Shown: piece after piece, positions 46,452 to 55,618 of the stretch
Numbering within the stretch: position 1 is the stretch's first letter
Layout: every line of letters begins with the position of its first letter
Origin: a virus
IMG/VR virus record: IMGVR_UViG_3300028043_000001
Coordinates: 1 to 64,000 of that record
DNA length: 64,000 nucleotides
Direction: 5' to 3' (one strand)
Notes under the pieces: model-generated
What the model was told of the DNA's origin: nothing
What the model saw: the letters and a program-made list of their open reading frames with translations, nothing else
Database searches by the model: none
Position numbers and translations under genes: made by a program

Positions 46452-46678
46452 TTTTTTCGCGTGATGATATTGTTGCAGCTCTCGACCTTGTTGACGACCT
46501 CGAGGAGCTTTGTGCAGATCTGATTGAGACAGCATCTATGGTAACTCATACTGGCGACGTCACAGAGCTAGAAGTTCTTCTCGAAGAGTTGGGTGAATTT
46601 ATTGAGTCAAGTAGCTGGGGAGACCGAAAAGTCTGGAAAGATTTTTTTAGTCTCAGTGATGAAGAGGAGAGCGAGTGA
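46448..46678 (+). CDS. small acidic protein
   Basis: Asp/Glu-rich 76 aa, ATGA-coupled. Confidence 0.55.
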   Translation: MIFSRDDIVAALDLVDDLEELCADLIETASMVTHTGDVTELEVLLEELGEFIESSSWGDRKVWKDFFSLSDEEESE

Positions 46679-47487
46679 AAACATGCAAACTCCTTGTTGG
46701 TGGACTTTGCGTAGGAGACACGTTTCATTTTACGTCTCTTCTCAACCGTTTAATGGACAACGAGGGTGTCACCCAATTTATCTGGATGACTGGAACCTTC
46801 GCGCGACAGGCAGTCGAGTTTATGGGACGCTGTTTTCCTATTGAGCCCATTTTCCTTTTTGATACGGACAAACCTTTAAACATTAACAATATTGTTGAGT
46901 TTAAGGAAGTTCGTAAAAAAGAGTTCGAAGCGATCGAAGCTGACTTAAGCATCGACGACCAGAATCTCGGTTTTAACTTTAGCGGCGTGGAGTATGATTC
47001 TCCCGAGCTGCGTTTTCGCAATCTTGAGCAGTTCTACGATCCTAGTGAGCCCCAGTGCTTGATTGTCCACCCTCAATCACGCAACAATTGGAAAAATGTT
47101 AGTGCCCTCCTGAAAATTGATTGGCCCATGTTCGGTCTACCAGTATACACCGCGGGCGCTCCGGATGAGGTGCTAATCCCCAATACAATTGATTTTCGAG
47201 GTAAGACTTTTGTAGAACTGGCTCCCAAAGTTTTGGCTGCTGCTGTGGTAGTCAGCATACACTCTGCGGTTGCGTGTTTTACCTTTTATACTCCCACTAA
47301 CCTCGTAACTTGTCATCCTGGTGAAGGGGATTACTTGACTTTTAGCCATTTTAAATCAAACGCTCTAGACATCCTAACTCCTCCTGGCGAAGATATAAAG
47401 AAGCCAAATTCAGTGAAGATCGTTGAGGCTATAGAGTACTTTCTTAACAACCAGGGTAGCCAAAATGTGCCATCAATCGGTTCGTGA
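46675..47487 (+). CDS. GT9 (heptosyltransferase)-like glycosyltransferase
   Basis: VGDTFHFTSLL; IVHPQS..WK; DFRGKT..L..VVSIHSAVA. Confidence 0.6.
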   Translation: MKTCKLLVGGLCVGDTFHFTSLLNRLMDNEGVTQFIWMTGTFARQAVEFMGRCFPIEPIFLFDTDKPLNINNIVEFKEVRKKEFEAIEADLSIDDQNLGFNFSGVEYDSPELRFRNLEQFYDPSEPQCLIVHPQSRNNWKNVSALLKIDWPMFGLPVYTAGAPDEVLIPNTIDFRGKTFVELAPKVLAAAVVVSIHSAVACFTFYTPTNLVTCHPGEGDYLTFSHFKSNALDILTPPGEDIKKPNSVKIVEAIEYFLNNQGSQNVPSIGS

Positions 47488-48028
47488 CTTTGGTGACCGC
47501 ATCCTAACTTGGGAAAGGGTTGCAGGTAAGACAATTCTTGAGGTGGGCTCACTAGATATAAACGGTAGTTTACGAGAGTTTTGTTTGCAGCGAGGCTGCA
47601 AGTCCTATCTAGGAGTTGATTTAGAAGAGGGTCCAGGAGTTGATAAGATCGTAGATGCTATTACCTTAGTTGATGAGTTTGGCTTTTGTGCGTTCGATAT
47701 TGTGATTGCTACTGAGCTCATCGAGCACACTCAAAATTGGCAAGCCGTGATTAATAACATTAAAAACGTTTGTAAAGAGGGCGGTTTTATTCTAGTTACA
47801 ACCCGCTCTCCTGGATTTCCACTACACCACCCCCCAGACTGTTGGCGGTTTACCGCTGATGAGTTCTTCAACATTTTCTCAGATTTGGACATTAAAATAC
47901 TCGCGCAAGATGAGCAAGTTCCTGGCGTGTTTATTTTTGCGGAAAAGCCTAACAACTTTCTTAATACAGATCTCAGCAATATCCATCCTTTAAAAGTCGA
48001 GGACCAGGAGGAACAAAATGAACCTTAG
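47465..48028 (+). CDS. class I SAM-dependent methyltransferase
   Basis: ILEVGSLDINGS..GVDLEEGPGVD..FDIVIATELIEH..DCWRF. Confidence 0.85.
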   Translation: MCHQSVRDFGDRILTWERVAGKTILEVGSLDINGSLREFCLQRGCKSYLGVDLEEGPGVDKIVDAITLVDEFGFCAFDIVIATELIEHTQNWQAVINNIKNVCKEGGFILVTTRSPGFPLHHPPDCWRFTADEFFNIFSDLDIKILAQDEQVPGVFIFAEKPNNFLNTDLSNIHPLKVEDQEEQNEP

Positions 48029-48860
48029 TGGCCTGCGAGTTTCTAAAAAGGACGACAGGGATTTCTCTCCGGAGACTCCTGAAGTTGAGTCAATTTTGTG
48101 GAGCAAGGTTGCTCCGCTTGCACTCGAGAAGTCTGCCAGCCTCGAGGAATGGTTTTCACCTCTAGAGGACCAAGAACAACTTGGTGCGTGCACGGCACAT
48201 GCTGTCGTGGCACTGTTTGAGTACTACGATCGCCGCGCTTTTAATAATCAGTACAGCGATCTTTCCCGCCTATTCCTTTACAAAGTCACTCGTAATCTAT
48301 TAGGCCTGACCGGCGACTCCGGCGCTGATCTACGTTCTGCGATGCGCGCTACACATCGGATCGGAATCTGCCCAGAGAAATATTATCCATACAACATTGA
48401 AAAGTTTGACTGGGAACCTGATTCTTTTCACTACGCGCTCGCTAGGAATCATCGCGCTACCCACTACGTTCGCCTCGACAAAGATCAGAACGTGGAGGCA
48501 ACCCTAACAAGGGTGAAAGCCTTCATTCGTGCAGGGCTACCAAGCTGTTTCGGTTTTTTGTGTTATGAATCTCTGGATGATGTTGGCTCAAGTGGCAATG
48601 TGCCTTTCCCCGGTGAGAGTGAACAAATTGTTGGAGGCCACGCAATCGTCGCTGCAGGATACGACGACGAGAGAGTAATTACTCACCCATCGACTGGTGA
48701 TCAAACTGTTGGCGCGATAAAGTTCCCCAACTCGTGGGGTACTGAATGGGGTAGCGAAGGTTGGGGTTGGTTACCCTACTCCTACATTTTAAAGAATCGT
48801 GCCTTCGATTTTTGGGTTCTCCTGAGAACCGACGCAGTGAGGTTTTTAGAATGGGATTAG
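48018..48860 (+). CDS. papain-like C1 cysteine peptidase
   Basis: DQEQLGACTAHA, GGHAIVAAGYDD, NSWGTEWG. Confidence 0.9.
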   Translation: MNLSGLRVSKKDDRDFSPETPEVESILWSKVAPLALEKSASLEEWFSPLEDQEQLGACTAHAVVALFEYYDRRAFNNQYSDLSRLFLYKVTRNLLGLTGDSGADLRSAMRATHRIGICPEKYYPYNIEKFDWEPDSFHYALARNHRATHYVRLDKDQNVEATLTRVKAFIRAGLPSCFGFLCYESLDDVGSSGNVPFPGESEQIVGGHAIVAAGYDDERVITHPSTGDQTVGAIKFPNSWGTEWGSEGWGWLPYSYILKNRAFDFWVLLRTDAVRFLEWD

Positions 48861-49059
48861 GAGAGAACTTTAAGGACTTTATCGTTTGTTGTCATCTCAA
48901 GGACTGCAAGTACAACGATGGCCTGGGTTGCTGTACCCTTGAAGGCGTCCAGGCTTCTCAATGTACAGTTCAGGGACGAAACCGTTATACAAGAGTACTT
49001 CATCCAAAAGAGCAAAACCCCAAAACAAAAGTAAGTTTTTTACCTAAAAGGGAAAGGAG

Positions 49060-49488
49060 GTGACAAGACAAATGGCTAAGAGAGTTTTCACATGGATCGT
49101 TCTCCTAACTTTCTGCGCAACCTCAACTTTCTCGTGCAGCCCAAAATTTGCGGACAAGTGGGATAACTTCATTCGGATTGCTTGCGACAGATATGAAGAG
49201 TTCCACCCAAAAATTGAGAATGGGTTGAACACGTTGCAGGATGTTCTCAATTTGATCGTGAGTGGTTGGCCTGAAAGCGCCACTGAGGTAGCCGGCTTTA
49301 TTTTAGCGGCGCAGATTGTAATTGCGGGTCTCACAAAGGTTTTGTCTTTTATTGCCAAAACCTGTCCGGAGAAGGCTGACGTTGAGGCGACCGAAAAAAT
49401 TTGTAGGCAGGTTCTAGTGAGTCCTGTTGTCCAAATGGCGATGAAACAGGCTAAAATTAACATTGCTAGGAAAGCCACAAAGAAATAA
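49060..49488 (+). CDS. membrane/lipoprotein of unknown function
   Basis: N-terminal hydrophobic segment with Cys; second hydrophobic stretch. Confidence 0.55.
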   Translation: MTRQMAKRVFTWIVLLTFCATSTFSCSPKFADKWDNFIRIACDRYEEFHPKIENGLNTLQDVLNLIVSGWPESATEVAGFILAAQIVIAGLTKVLSFIAKTCPEKADVEATEKICRQVLVSPVVQMAMKQAKINIARKATKK

Positions 49489-49508
49489 ACAACACTAGGA
49501 GAAATGGT

Positions 49509-50207
49509 ATGAAAAAAGTTTTACTTGCTACACTACTCATCTGCTTTTTAGCCGCACCAGTGAGTGCCGGCGTTTGGATTGGGGGTCATTTTGGTCCGAA
49601 CTGGACGGGGGATTCGGATGTTAACTTTAAAGCACCCCCCTTAAAGGGGACTTTGAATGGTGTCACCACTAATGCTGGCTATCTTGCGGGGTTGATAGTT
49701 GGCTATGACTTCGATCAACGCCACGGATTTCCTGCATGGACTGAGTACTTTGGAGTTGCCCTTGATTTCTCGTACAACCCCTTCAATCAATCTGCCCAGA
49801 TTGTTGGAGGTACGTTTATTCCGCCCTTCATTAATGCTGCACAATTACCACAGATCGAAGGGTACCAGGTAGCCCTGTCATTTTTGTTGAAGGGGCAATA
49901 CCCGTGTTTAAAGAGCGCTGCATTTCCCAAGGGCAGACTTTTCCCTTATCTTATGGTTGGTCCGGCTGTTGTGTGGACTACCTCTTTTGCTAACACGATT
50001 GCTTCACAGTCGTCCACCAATGTTGGAATCGTGACTGAGGTAGGGCTGCAGTACTTCATTGTTCCTAATCTCGCTGCAAGTGCTGGGTTTCGTTACCGCC
50101 ATGTTTGGGGGCCAACTTTTGATTTCAGGCGCGACATTAATTATGTTCACGCCAACACATCTACTGACCAATACACCGTGCTCCTGAGGCTGTCGTACCA
50201 CTTTTAA
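49509..50207 (+). CDS. outer-membrane beta-barrel protein
   Basis: signal peptide; alternating amphipathic strands (GLIVGYDF, PYLMVGP, VGLQYF); C-terminal LSYHF. Confidence 0.8.
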   Translation: MKKVLLATLLICFLAAPVSAGVWIGGHFGPNWTGDSDVNFKAPPLKGTLNGVTTNAGYLAGLIVGYDFDQRHGFPAWTEYFGVALDFSYNPFNQSAQIVGGTFIPPFINAAQLPQIEGYQVALSFLLKGQYPCLKSAAFPKGRLFPYLMVGPAVVWTTSFANTIASQSSTNVGIVTEVGLQYFIVPNLAASAGFRYRHVWGPTFDFRRDINYVHANTSTDQYTVLLRLSYHF

Positions 50208-50279
50208 GGTGGGTATTTGGGACACAGTATTCACTGTGTCCCAAATGTTTTTTTGTTGTTGGGAAGCTGGAGAGGTGAA

Positions 50280-51221
50280 ATGGAATTTCCTGTTCTCCTT
50301 ACTGGGGACCTCCACGTCTCTCACCGCAACTTACATTTGTTCAAGATTTTTTCCGGACAGGTAGAGGCTTTAGCTCCCGACTTTCGGTCGATTGTCATTA
50401 TTGGTGATCTATTCGATAGTCAAGACGCCACTAAGTGGGAAGCCATTTTAACTGTTTATGAATTTCTGGCTTGGCTTTACACCCAAAATAAATCGATCTA
50501 TCTTCTTTCAGGCACTCACGACACCCTGTTTTTAAATCGAACTGAATCTACCCTTTCAATTTTTAGTCCCCTTGCAAACGTGATCCGAGTTCGTACGGAG
50601 TTTGAATGCTGTACGTGGCTCCCCCATTCAAGGGATTTAAACAGAGACGTTGAATTTTTAGAAGCTGCTACAAACATAGATGCCTGTTTTTCACATCACA
50701 TGGTTAGAGGATTGCAAATTGGTAACTTTGTCGTCCCCGCAGGTTTGCCTTTGGAGCTGCTGCAAAAGTTTGATTGGGCTTTTAATGGACATATTCATCA
50801 ACCCCAAGTGAGTGGCACATTTTTCAATGTAGGCTCCCCGTGGCAGCACTCTTTTGCTGAGGCTAATCAAAACAAGTATTTGTGGTTGTGGGATAGACAC
50901 TCTGTAAAGCCTCTTGCATCGGAGGTAGAGCCACAGTTTTTTAGTGGCTCATTCTCGGAGCTTCGGGGTTTAAATTTAGAGGGTAAAAGTGTCAGAGTTT
51001 TTTTAGAACAAACGGACGACCTCGAAAGAGTTGTTGAGTTCCTTACCTCCGCTGGTGCTCTTAGGTGGGAGCTGTGTTCCCCAACTCTTCAGCCACTCGA
51101 CGTGTCCCCTTTAAATGAATCCTACCAGTTAGAGGACTTGGTTGAAAGGTGGGCGAACGCGAAAAACTTATCTGCAGACGAAACTTCATTGGGCAAAACA
51201 TTTCTTAAGGGGATGTCATGA
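50280..51221 (+). CDS. SbcD/Mre11-like nuclease
   Basis: GDLH, IGDLFD, GTHD, NGHIH, VGSP. Confidence 0.85.
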   Translation: MEFPVLLTGDLHVSHRNLHLFKIFSGQVEALAPDFRSIVIIGDLFDSQDATKWEAILTVYEFLAWLYTQNKSIYLLSGTHDTLFLNRTESTLSIFSPLANVIRVRTEFECCTWLPHSRDLNRDVEFLEAATNIDACFSHHMVRGLQIGNFVVPAGLPLELLQKFDWAFNGHIHQPQVSGTFFNVGSPWQHSFAEANQNKYLWLWDRHSVKPLASEVEPQFFSGSFSELRGLNLEGKSVRVFLEQTDDLERVVEFLTSAGALRWELCSPTLQPLDVSPLNESYQLEDLVERWANAKNLSADETSLGKTFLKGMS

Positions 51222-52930
51222 TAATTTTTCGGCGTGTTGCGGCCCGCAATTTTCGCTCCTTCGAAACTTTTGATCTGCCTCTCGACGCCTTCGGAATGGT
51301 TTTAGTACAGGGAATCATTGAGGGAGGGTCGGCGTTGGAGTCAAATGGTGCTGGCAAGTCTTCCCTTTTTGCAGCAATTTCTTGGGCCTTGTTTGGTAAA
51401 TTTTTTCATGTAGGCGGGGCATTAGTTTCAGGTGAACAGGTTATAAAAAGGGGTAGCAGCGGTGGTTGCTGCGTTACCCTCGAGCTTTTTAAAGGAGACG
51501 ATCAGGTTGTTATCAATCGTTTTCGCGGTGACAAGCAGTATGGTAACAAAATCGTCGTTAGCGTAAACGGGGTTGATCGCACGCCCTCCTCTAATTTTAA
51601 AACTCAAGAGCTGATTGAAGAGGTGCTGGGTATTACGTTTGAATTATTTGCAAACCTCGTTTATATTAATGAAACATCGATGCGCAGCTCTTTCGTTTTA
51701 GAGGCCGACACTCAAAGGAAAAAGCTATTAGTAAGTGCGCTGCCCCACTTGGAACAGTTTGGTGAAGCCCGCGAGGAGGTTAAACGCAATCTCGATTTCT
51801 ATCACAAACACAAAGCTGAACACAAGAGCCAGATTAACGCACTGCTCGAAGCTTCGCGAGAGTTGCAAAACAGTACTCCCCCAAGTCCCGATTCAATTTA
51901 CATCCAACTTCACTCTTTGAAGGAGCGGTTTACAGATTTAAGTGATCGTTTCGTCCTTGCTAACTCAATTGTGCTCAAACTACCTTCACAGGAGCAATGT
52001 GAGTCACAACTCCGAGCCAAGATTAGGGAGGTAGCTACTGCTGAGGCAGCCATTAAGTTTCATGAAAAAGAGGTTAGTAATTGGAAAGCTTTGCACAACG
52101 CGTGCTATGTTTGTTCACAACCCATTTCGCCCGACTTCAAAGAAACTCAAATTCAAGTCCTTGGGCGTACTATTACGGAGTTGCTCGATGAACTTGGTCA
52201 ACTTCAAAGGGAAGAGGAACAGCTTCGCAGTTTTTGTGGACAACACCAGAGCCTCCTGAAGATAAAAGAGAGTAAAGAAGGACTCATGCAATCTATTACG
52301 CAGTTGCAACAGGTAGCTGCCGAGATAGAGCAAACCCAGTTGAAACTAGCTCGGCAAAAACAATCCCTAGAAAGAAGGATTGAAAACTTGCAAGAAGTTT
52401 CACGGATCGTTGATTCGTATAGTCAGACCTTTCAGGTCTGGCTCGACGGTTTTGGTCCTCGGGGTGTGATGTCGTTTGCTCTTGAACACGTCGTTGCAAT
52501 TCTAACCAAGAAGTCGGAAGAGTGGTTAAAGAAGTTGTGGGCTGAGGGAGCTGCTGCGACGTTTGGTTTAGCAGGCGATGACTCTTCAAAAATTGAAGCA
52601 AAGTTGTTTTTAAATCAACACGAGGTTAACCTCCTCTCCCTAAGTTCTGGAGAAACCCGTAGAGTGTGTCTTGCGATTTGTTTTAGTCTTCGAGAGACTT
52701 TACAAGCTTTAACGGGGTGGAGTTCAAATTTGCTGATATTAGACGAAATTAATGCTGGTTTAGATCCTTCTGGAAGTGAGCAAGTTATAAAACACTTAAA
52801 ATCGGCGTATGGGACCAACTCTAGCATTTTTGTGATTTCCCACCTCCCAACTCCCAGCCGCCTTTTTGACGAGCATTTACTCGTGCATTACCGGGGAAAT
52901 TCTTCAACGCTTGAGTGGCACACAAAGTAA
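51218..52930 (+). CDS. SbcC/Rad50-like ATPase
   Basis: NFRSF, SNGAGKSS, hook CYVC, LSSGE, LILDE, VISH. Confidence 0.9.
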   Translation: MIIFRRVAARNFRSFETFDLPLDAFGMVLVQGIIEGGSALESNGAGKSSLFAAISWALFGKFFHVGGALVSGEQVIKRGSSGGCCVTLELFKGDDQVVINRFRGDKQYGNKIVVSVNGVDRTPSSNFKTQELIEEVLGITFELFANLVYINETSMRSSFVLEADTQRKKLLVSALPHLEQFGEAREEVKRNLDFYHKHKAEHKSQINALLEASRELQNSTPPSPDSIYIQLHSLKERFTDLSDRFVLANSIVLKLPSQEQCESQLRAKIREVATAEAAIKFHEKEVSNWKALHNACYVCSQPISPDFKETQIQVLGRTITELLDELGQLQREEEQLRSFCGQHQSLLKIKESKEGLMQSITQLQQVAAEIEQTQLKLARQKQSLERRIENLQEVSRIVDSYSQTFQVWLDGFGPRGVMSFALEHVVAILTKKSEEWLKKLWAEGAAATFGLAGDDSSKIEAKLFLNQHEVNLLSLSSGETRRVCLAICFSLRETLQALTGWSSNLLILDEINAGLDPSGSEQVIKHLKSAYGTNSSIFVISHLPTPSRLFDEHLLVHYRGNSSTLEWHTK

Positions 52931-52959
52931 GAGGGAATTTCAACTTGAGGAGCAGATAT

Positions 52960-54291
52960 ATGGACAGAAGGAATTTTACTTTGCAGATCTTGATCGGTAG
53001 TTTAATTTCTTCCCCGGAATTTCTGGTCCGCAGAGAAGAGAACTACCTTTATGTGGAAGACATTTTACAGCCCCACATAGAGTATCAAATGTGGAAAGTA
53101 CGCCATTGGAAGCAGTACGGCGAAATTACCAATGACGCTATGTGGGATGCAGGTATTATTGCCTTCGTTATTCCAGAAGCCGTTGCTGAGTTTATCGATT
53201 GTGAACGAATTTCGACAGGACAGACTGGGCATCTACTTTCCCTCCTCAACGATCTTGGACTAGCAGTTTGGTTTATGGAAACAAGTTCGTGGCAGGATGA
53301 TCAACTTGAACTTCCCTTACCTATTGACTGGTTTCAGTTTGCTCAATCCGCGGAGCGCCTCTTCAACCCCTTCGATGTTGTGTTACCCTCCAAGCCTGAA
53401 ATTTATGTTACCTTCGACGACGACAGTGCTATGAAGTTAAAAGAGGCCATCTTTCCGTTCGTTGTGCCATCTAAAAGAACCAAGTTTGGGAAGTATCTCT
53501 TAGAACTGCACGACATCTCAAAGTCAGTTTCGAAAACCCAAATGCAAATTCAAAAGGTTGGCATCCGCCAAGTTCCTATACCATTAACTATTCATCTCAG
53601 ATCTGAGCCCTTCCAAACCATTGCAACCGCGTCGGTGTATACTAATCTGCAGCCCGAGGTGATGGGCTCCCACCTCAGCCGCCTTGTTGAAGTTTTAAAC
53701 TCGGTTTCCTCTCAACCTTTAGCCACCGACTTGCAAACTATGCAGTCTTTATTGAGCGTCCTTCAAGAGCGCTTAAAAGCAACGAACGCTTACCTCAAAC
53801 TTAGGTTCCCAATCTTGATTGCACAAGAAGCACCTGTCTCGAAAATTAAAGGAATGGTGCACTACGACTGCACTCTCTCCGGCGAGATAGTTGATGGGGA
53901 CTTGAAAGTTTTAAAGACGATACGAGTGCCCTACGTTTCTTCTTGTATTTGCTCAAAAACGATCAGCTTATTTAACGCTCACAATCAGAGGAGTTTTGCT
54001 GATGTAACCCTGATGTTGAGAGAGTGCGACTATGCTTTTGAGGATATCATCGAGATCGTAGAGGGCTGCTGCTCGGCACCGATTCGGGCGCTCCTGAAAA
54101 GAGAGGATGAAAAATTCATCACCGAGGCTTGTTTTGATTATGCTGGCTTTGTTGAGTCCATCTGTCGCCAGATTGCAGATAACGTTGCTGCTCTAGATGT
54201 GAGGGGCTGGCTGGTTGTTTGTGAACATCTGGAGAGTATCCACCAACACAACGCGGTTGCGTTGATTCGAGGTGGTGAGTATATCCCCTAA
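52960..54291 (+). CDS. folE2: GTP cyclohydrolase IB (FolE2) fused to N-terminal degenerate LAGLIDADG domain
   Basis: IQKVGI, GSHLSRL, CICSK..AHNQRS, LLKREDEK, ESIHQHNA; N-terminus QILIGSL..EYQMWK..LGLAVWFM..PFVVPSKRTK. Confidence 0.85.
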   Translation: MDRRNFTLQILIGSLISSPEFLVRREENYLYVEDILQPHIEYQMWKVRHWKQYGEITNDAMWDAGIIAFVIPEAVAEFIDCERISTGQTGHLLSLLNDLGLAVWFMETSSWQDDQLELPLPIDWFQFAQSAERLFNPFDVVLPSKPEIYVTFDDDSAMKLKEAIFPFVVPSKRTKFGKYLLELHDISKSVSKTQMQIQKVGIRQVPIPLTIHLRSEPFQTIATASVYTNLQPEVMGSHLSRLVEVLNSVSSQPLATDLQTMQSLLSVLQERLKATNAYLKLRFPILIAQEAPVSKIKGMVHYDCTLSGEIVDGDLKVLKTIRVPYVSSCICSKTISLFNAHNQRSFADVTLMLRECDYAFEDIIEIVEGCCSAPIRALLKREDEKFITEACFDYAGFVESICRQIADNVAALDVRGWLVVCEHLESIHQHNAVALIRGGEYIP

Positions 54292-54314
54292 AAAAATTAA
54301 GGTCATAAATTTTC

Positions 54315-54349
54315 GCCTTGAAAAAAGCCAAATTAAGCAATTAAAATTA
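54315..54349 (+). promoter_or_regulatory. 35-bp promoter-like element, copy 2
   Basis: TTGAAA-N18-TAAAAT; 31/35 identical to 4296-4330. Confidence 0.6.
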
Positions 54350-54379
54350 CTTAATAAGTAGAATACTTTAGGAGCGAGA

Positions 54380-54601
54380 ATGGAGTGGTTGTATTTTTTG
54401 GGAGTAGTGCTTCTATTTGGAAGTCTGTTCTCAATAGGTTGGGTTGTAAGAAGGAGGCACTCCAAGAACGCAAGAGAGTTAGTCCACCCCCACAAACTTG
54501 GGGACAGTTTTGACATCGAAGGAATGCGCAACCAGTTAGCGCGGCTAGACAATGAGCTTAAAAGGCTGCATGAAGTGCTTGGGGGAGATGAAAAGAAATG
54601 A
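54380..54601 (+). CDS. small membrane-anchored protein
   Basis: N-terminal TM then coiled coil. Confidence 0.6.
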   Translation: MEWLYFLGVVLLFGSLFSIGWVVRRRHSKNARELVHPHKLGDSFDIEGMRNQLARLDNELKRLHEVLGGDEKK

Positions 54602-54770
54602 GAGAGACATGTATTGCATGTGGTGAAAAATTTACGAAGTTTGGCTACGAAGCATCAACTGACCCACTATGCTTCAAATGCAGGGAGAAGTTGGAAGAGG
54701 AACAACAGGATAGCCGCACCCAAAGAAGAGGATGGACACATCCTCTTTCATTTTTGTTTGGTGATGACAT

Positions 54771-55004
54771 GTGGTAGGAGGAAAAAAAGTCGTGTCTTTT
54801 GAAGATAAAACTTTTTCCATGCAAGAATTTCTAAAGAACCTTGCGAAGCAACTATTTGGACGCGAGATTGATGGTATACATTGCGTTGTTTGCGGGTCGG
54901 CAGTTGAGGGACCCCACAATTTTCGCGACGAGCTTTCTTGGAAGGAGTGGCAAATTTCCTTTCTGTGCCAAGCATGTCAAGATGAAACTTTCGGAAAGCA
55001 ATGA
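54771..55004 (+). CDS. small zinc-binding phage protein
   Basis: CVVC..FRDELSWKEWQISFLCQACQD. Confidence 0.6.
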   Translation: MVGGKKVVSFEDKTFSMQEFLKNLAKQLFGREIDGIHCVVCGSAVEGPHNFRDELSWKEWQISFLCQACQDETFGKQ

Positions 55005-55022
55005 GAACAAATTTTCAAAGAG

Positions 55023-55415
55023 ATGCGCAATCAAGAACTTAGAGTTACAATGTTCGCGATAGATGACGGCACCTTCCAGGAAATGACATTGGCTGCTCCC
55101 AAACTCTGCGCCTTAACACAAGTTGCAGAATTAGCCGTCCAAAGAGTAGACCAACCGCCCCCCGAAAGTAAATCTTTACGCCCCAACCTCTACATCCAAG
55201 TTGAAGTAGCTCTAGGTGATAAATGTGTGCGTTGTTGGTACTCCTCTCCAAGTGTTGGTAGTGATTTACACCATCCTCAACTTTGTGGTCGTTGTCTCCA
55301 AATTGTGGCCCCTCAAGGAGGGTTAATTAGTGATTGGCAAAAGAGTAAAAATAGCGAACCGATTTGCCTCAAGGATCTGGGAAAAATATCACCGGAATCA
55401 TTTAATTGGATTTGA
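55023..55415 (+). CDS. stand-alone IleRS C-terminal zinc-finger-like protein
   Basis: VEVALGDKCVRCWYSSPSVGSDLHHPQLCGRCLQIV. Confidence 0.7.
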   Translation: MRNQELRVTMFAIDDGTFQEMTLAAPKLCALTQVAELAVQRVDQPPPESKSLRPNLYIQVEVALGDKCVRCWYSSPSVGSDLHHPQLCGRCLQIVAPQGGLISDWQKSKNSEPICLKDLGKISPESFNWI

Positions 55416-55611
55416 AACTCTTGAAGAGATTGAGGAAAACTTACCTCCAGTGGGAGCGTATAGAAAAACCAAAGTGTTTTGCTCTTGTCCCTACTGTTGC
55501 GGGAACCCTCGTCGTGGCAAAGGAAGCTTAAAGGATAGACTAACCAAACAGGAGTTACAAGCTCTCGAGGACGAGGTTATTCAGTTCCAGGAAGGAATAG
55601 GAGTCTTTTAA
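55330..55611 (+). CDS. small Cys-rich phage protein
   Basis: CSCPYCCGNPRR..LTKQE. Confidence 0.55.
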   Translation: MIGKRVKIANRFASRIWEKYHRNHLIGFETLEEIEENLPPVGAYRKTKVFCSCPYCCGNPRRGKGSLKDRLTKQELQALEDEVIQFQEGIGVF

Positions 55612-55618
55612 AGGGTAA

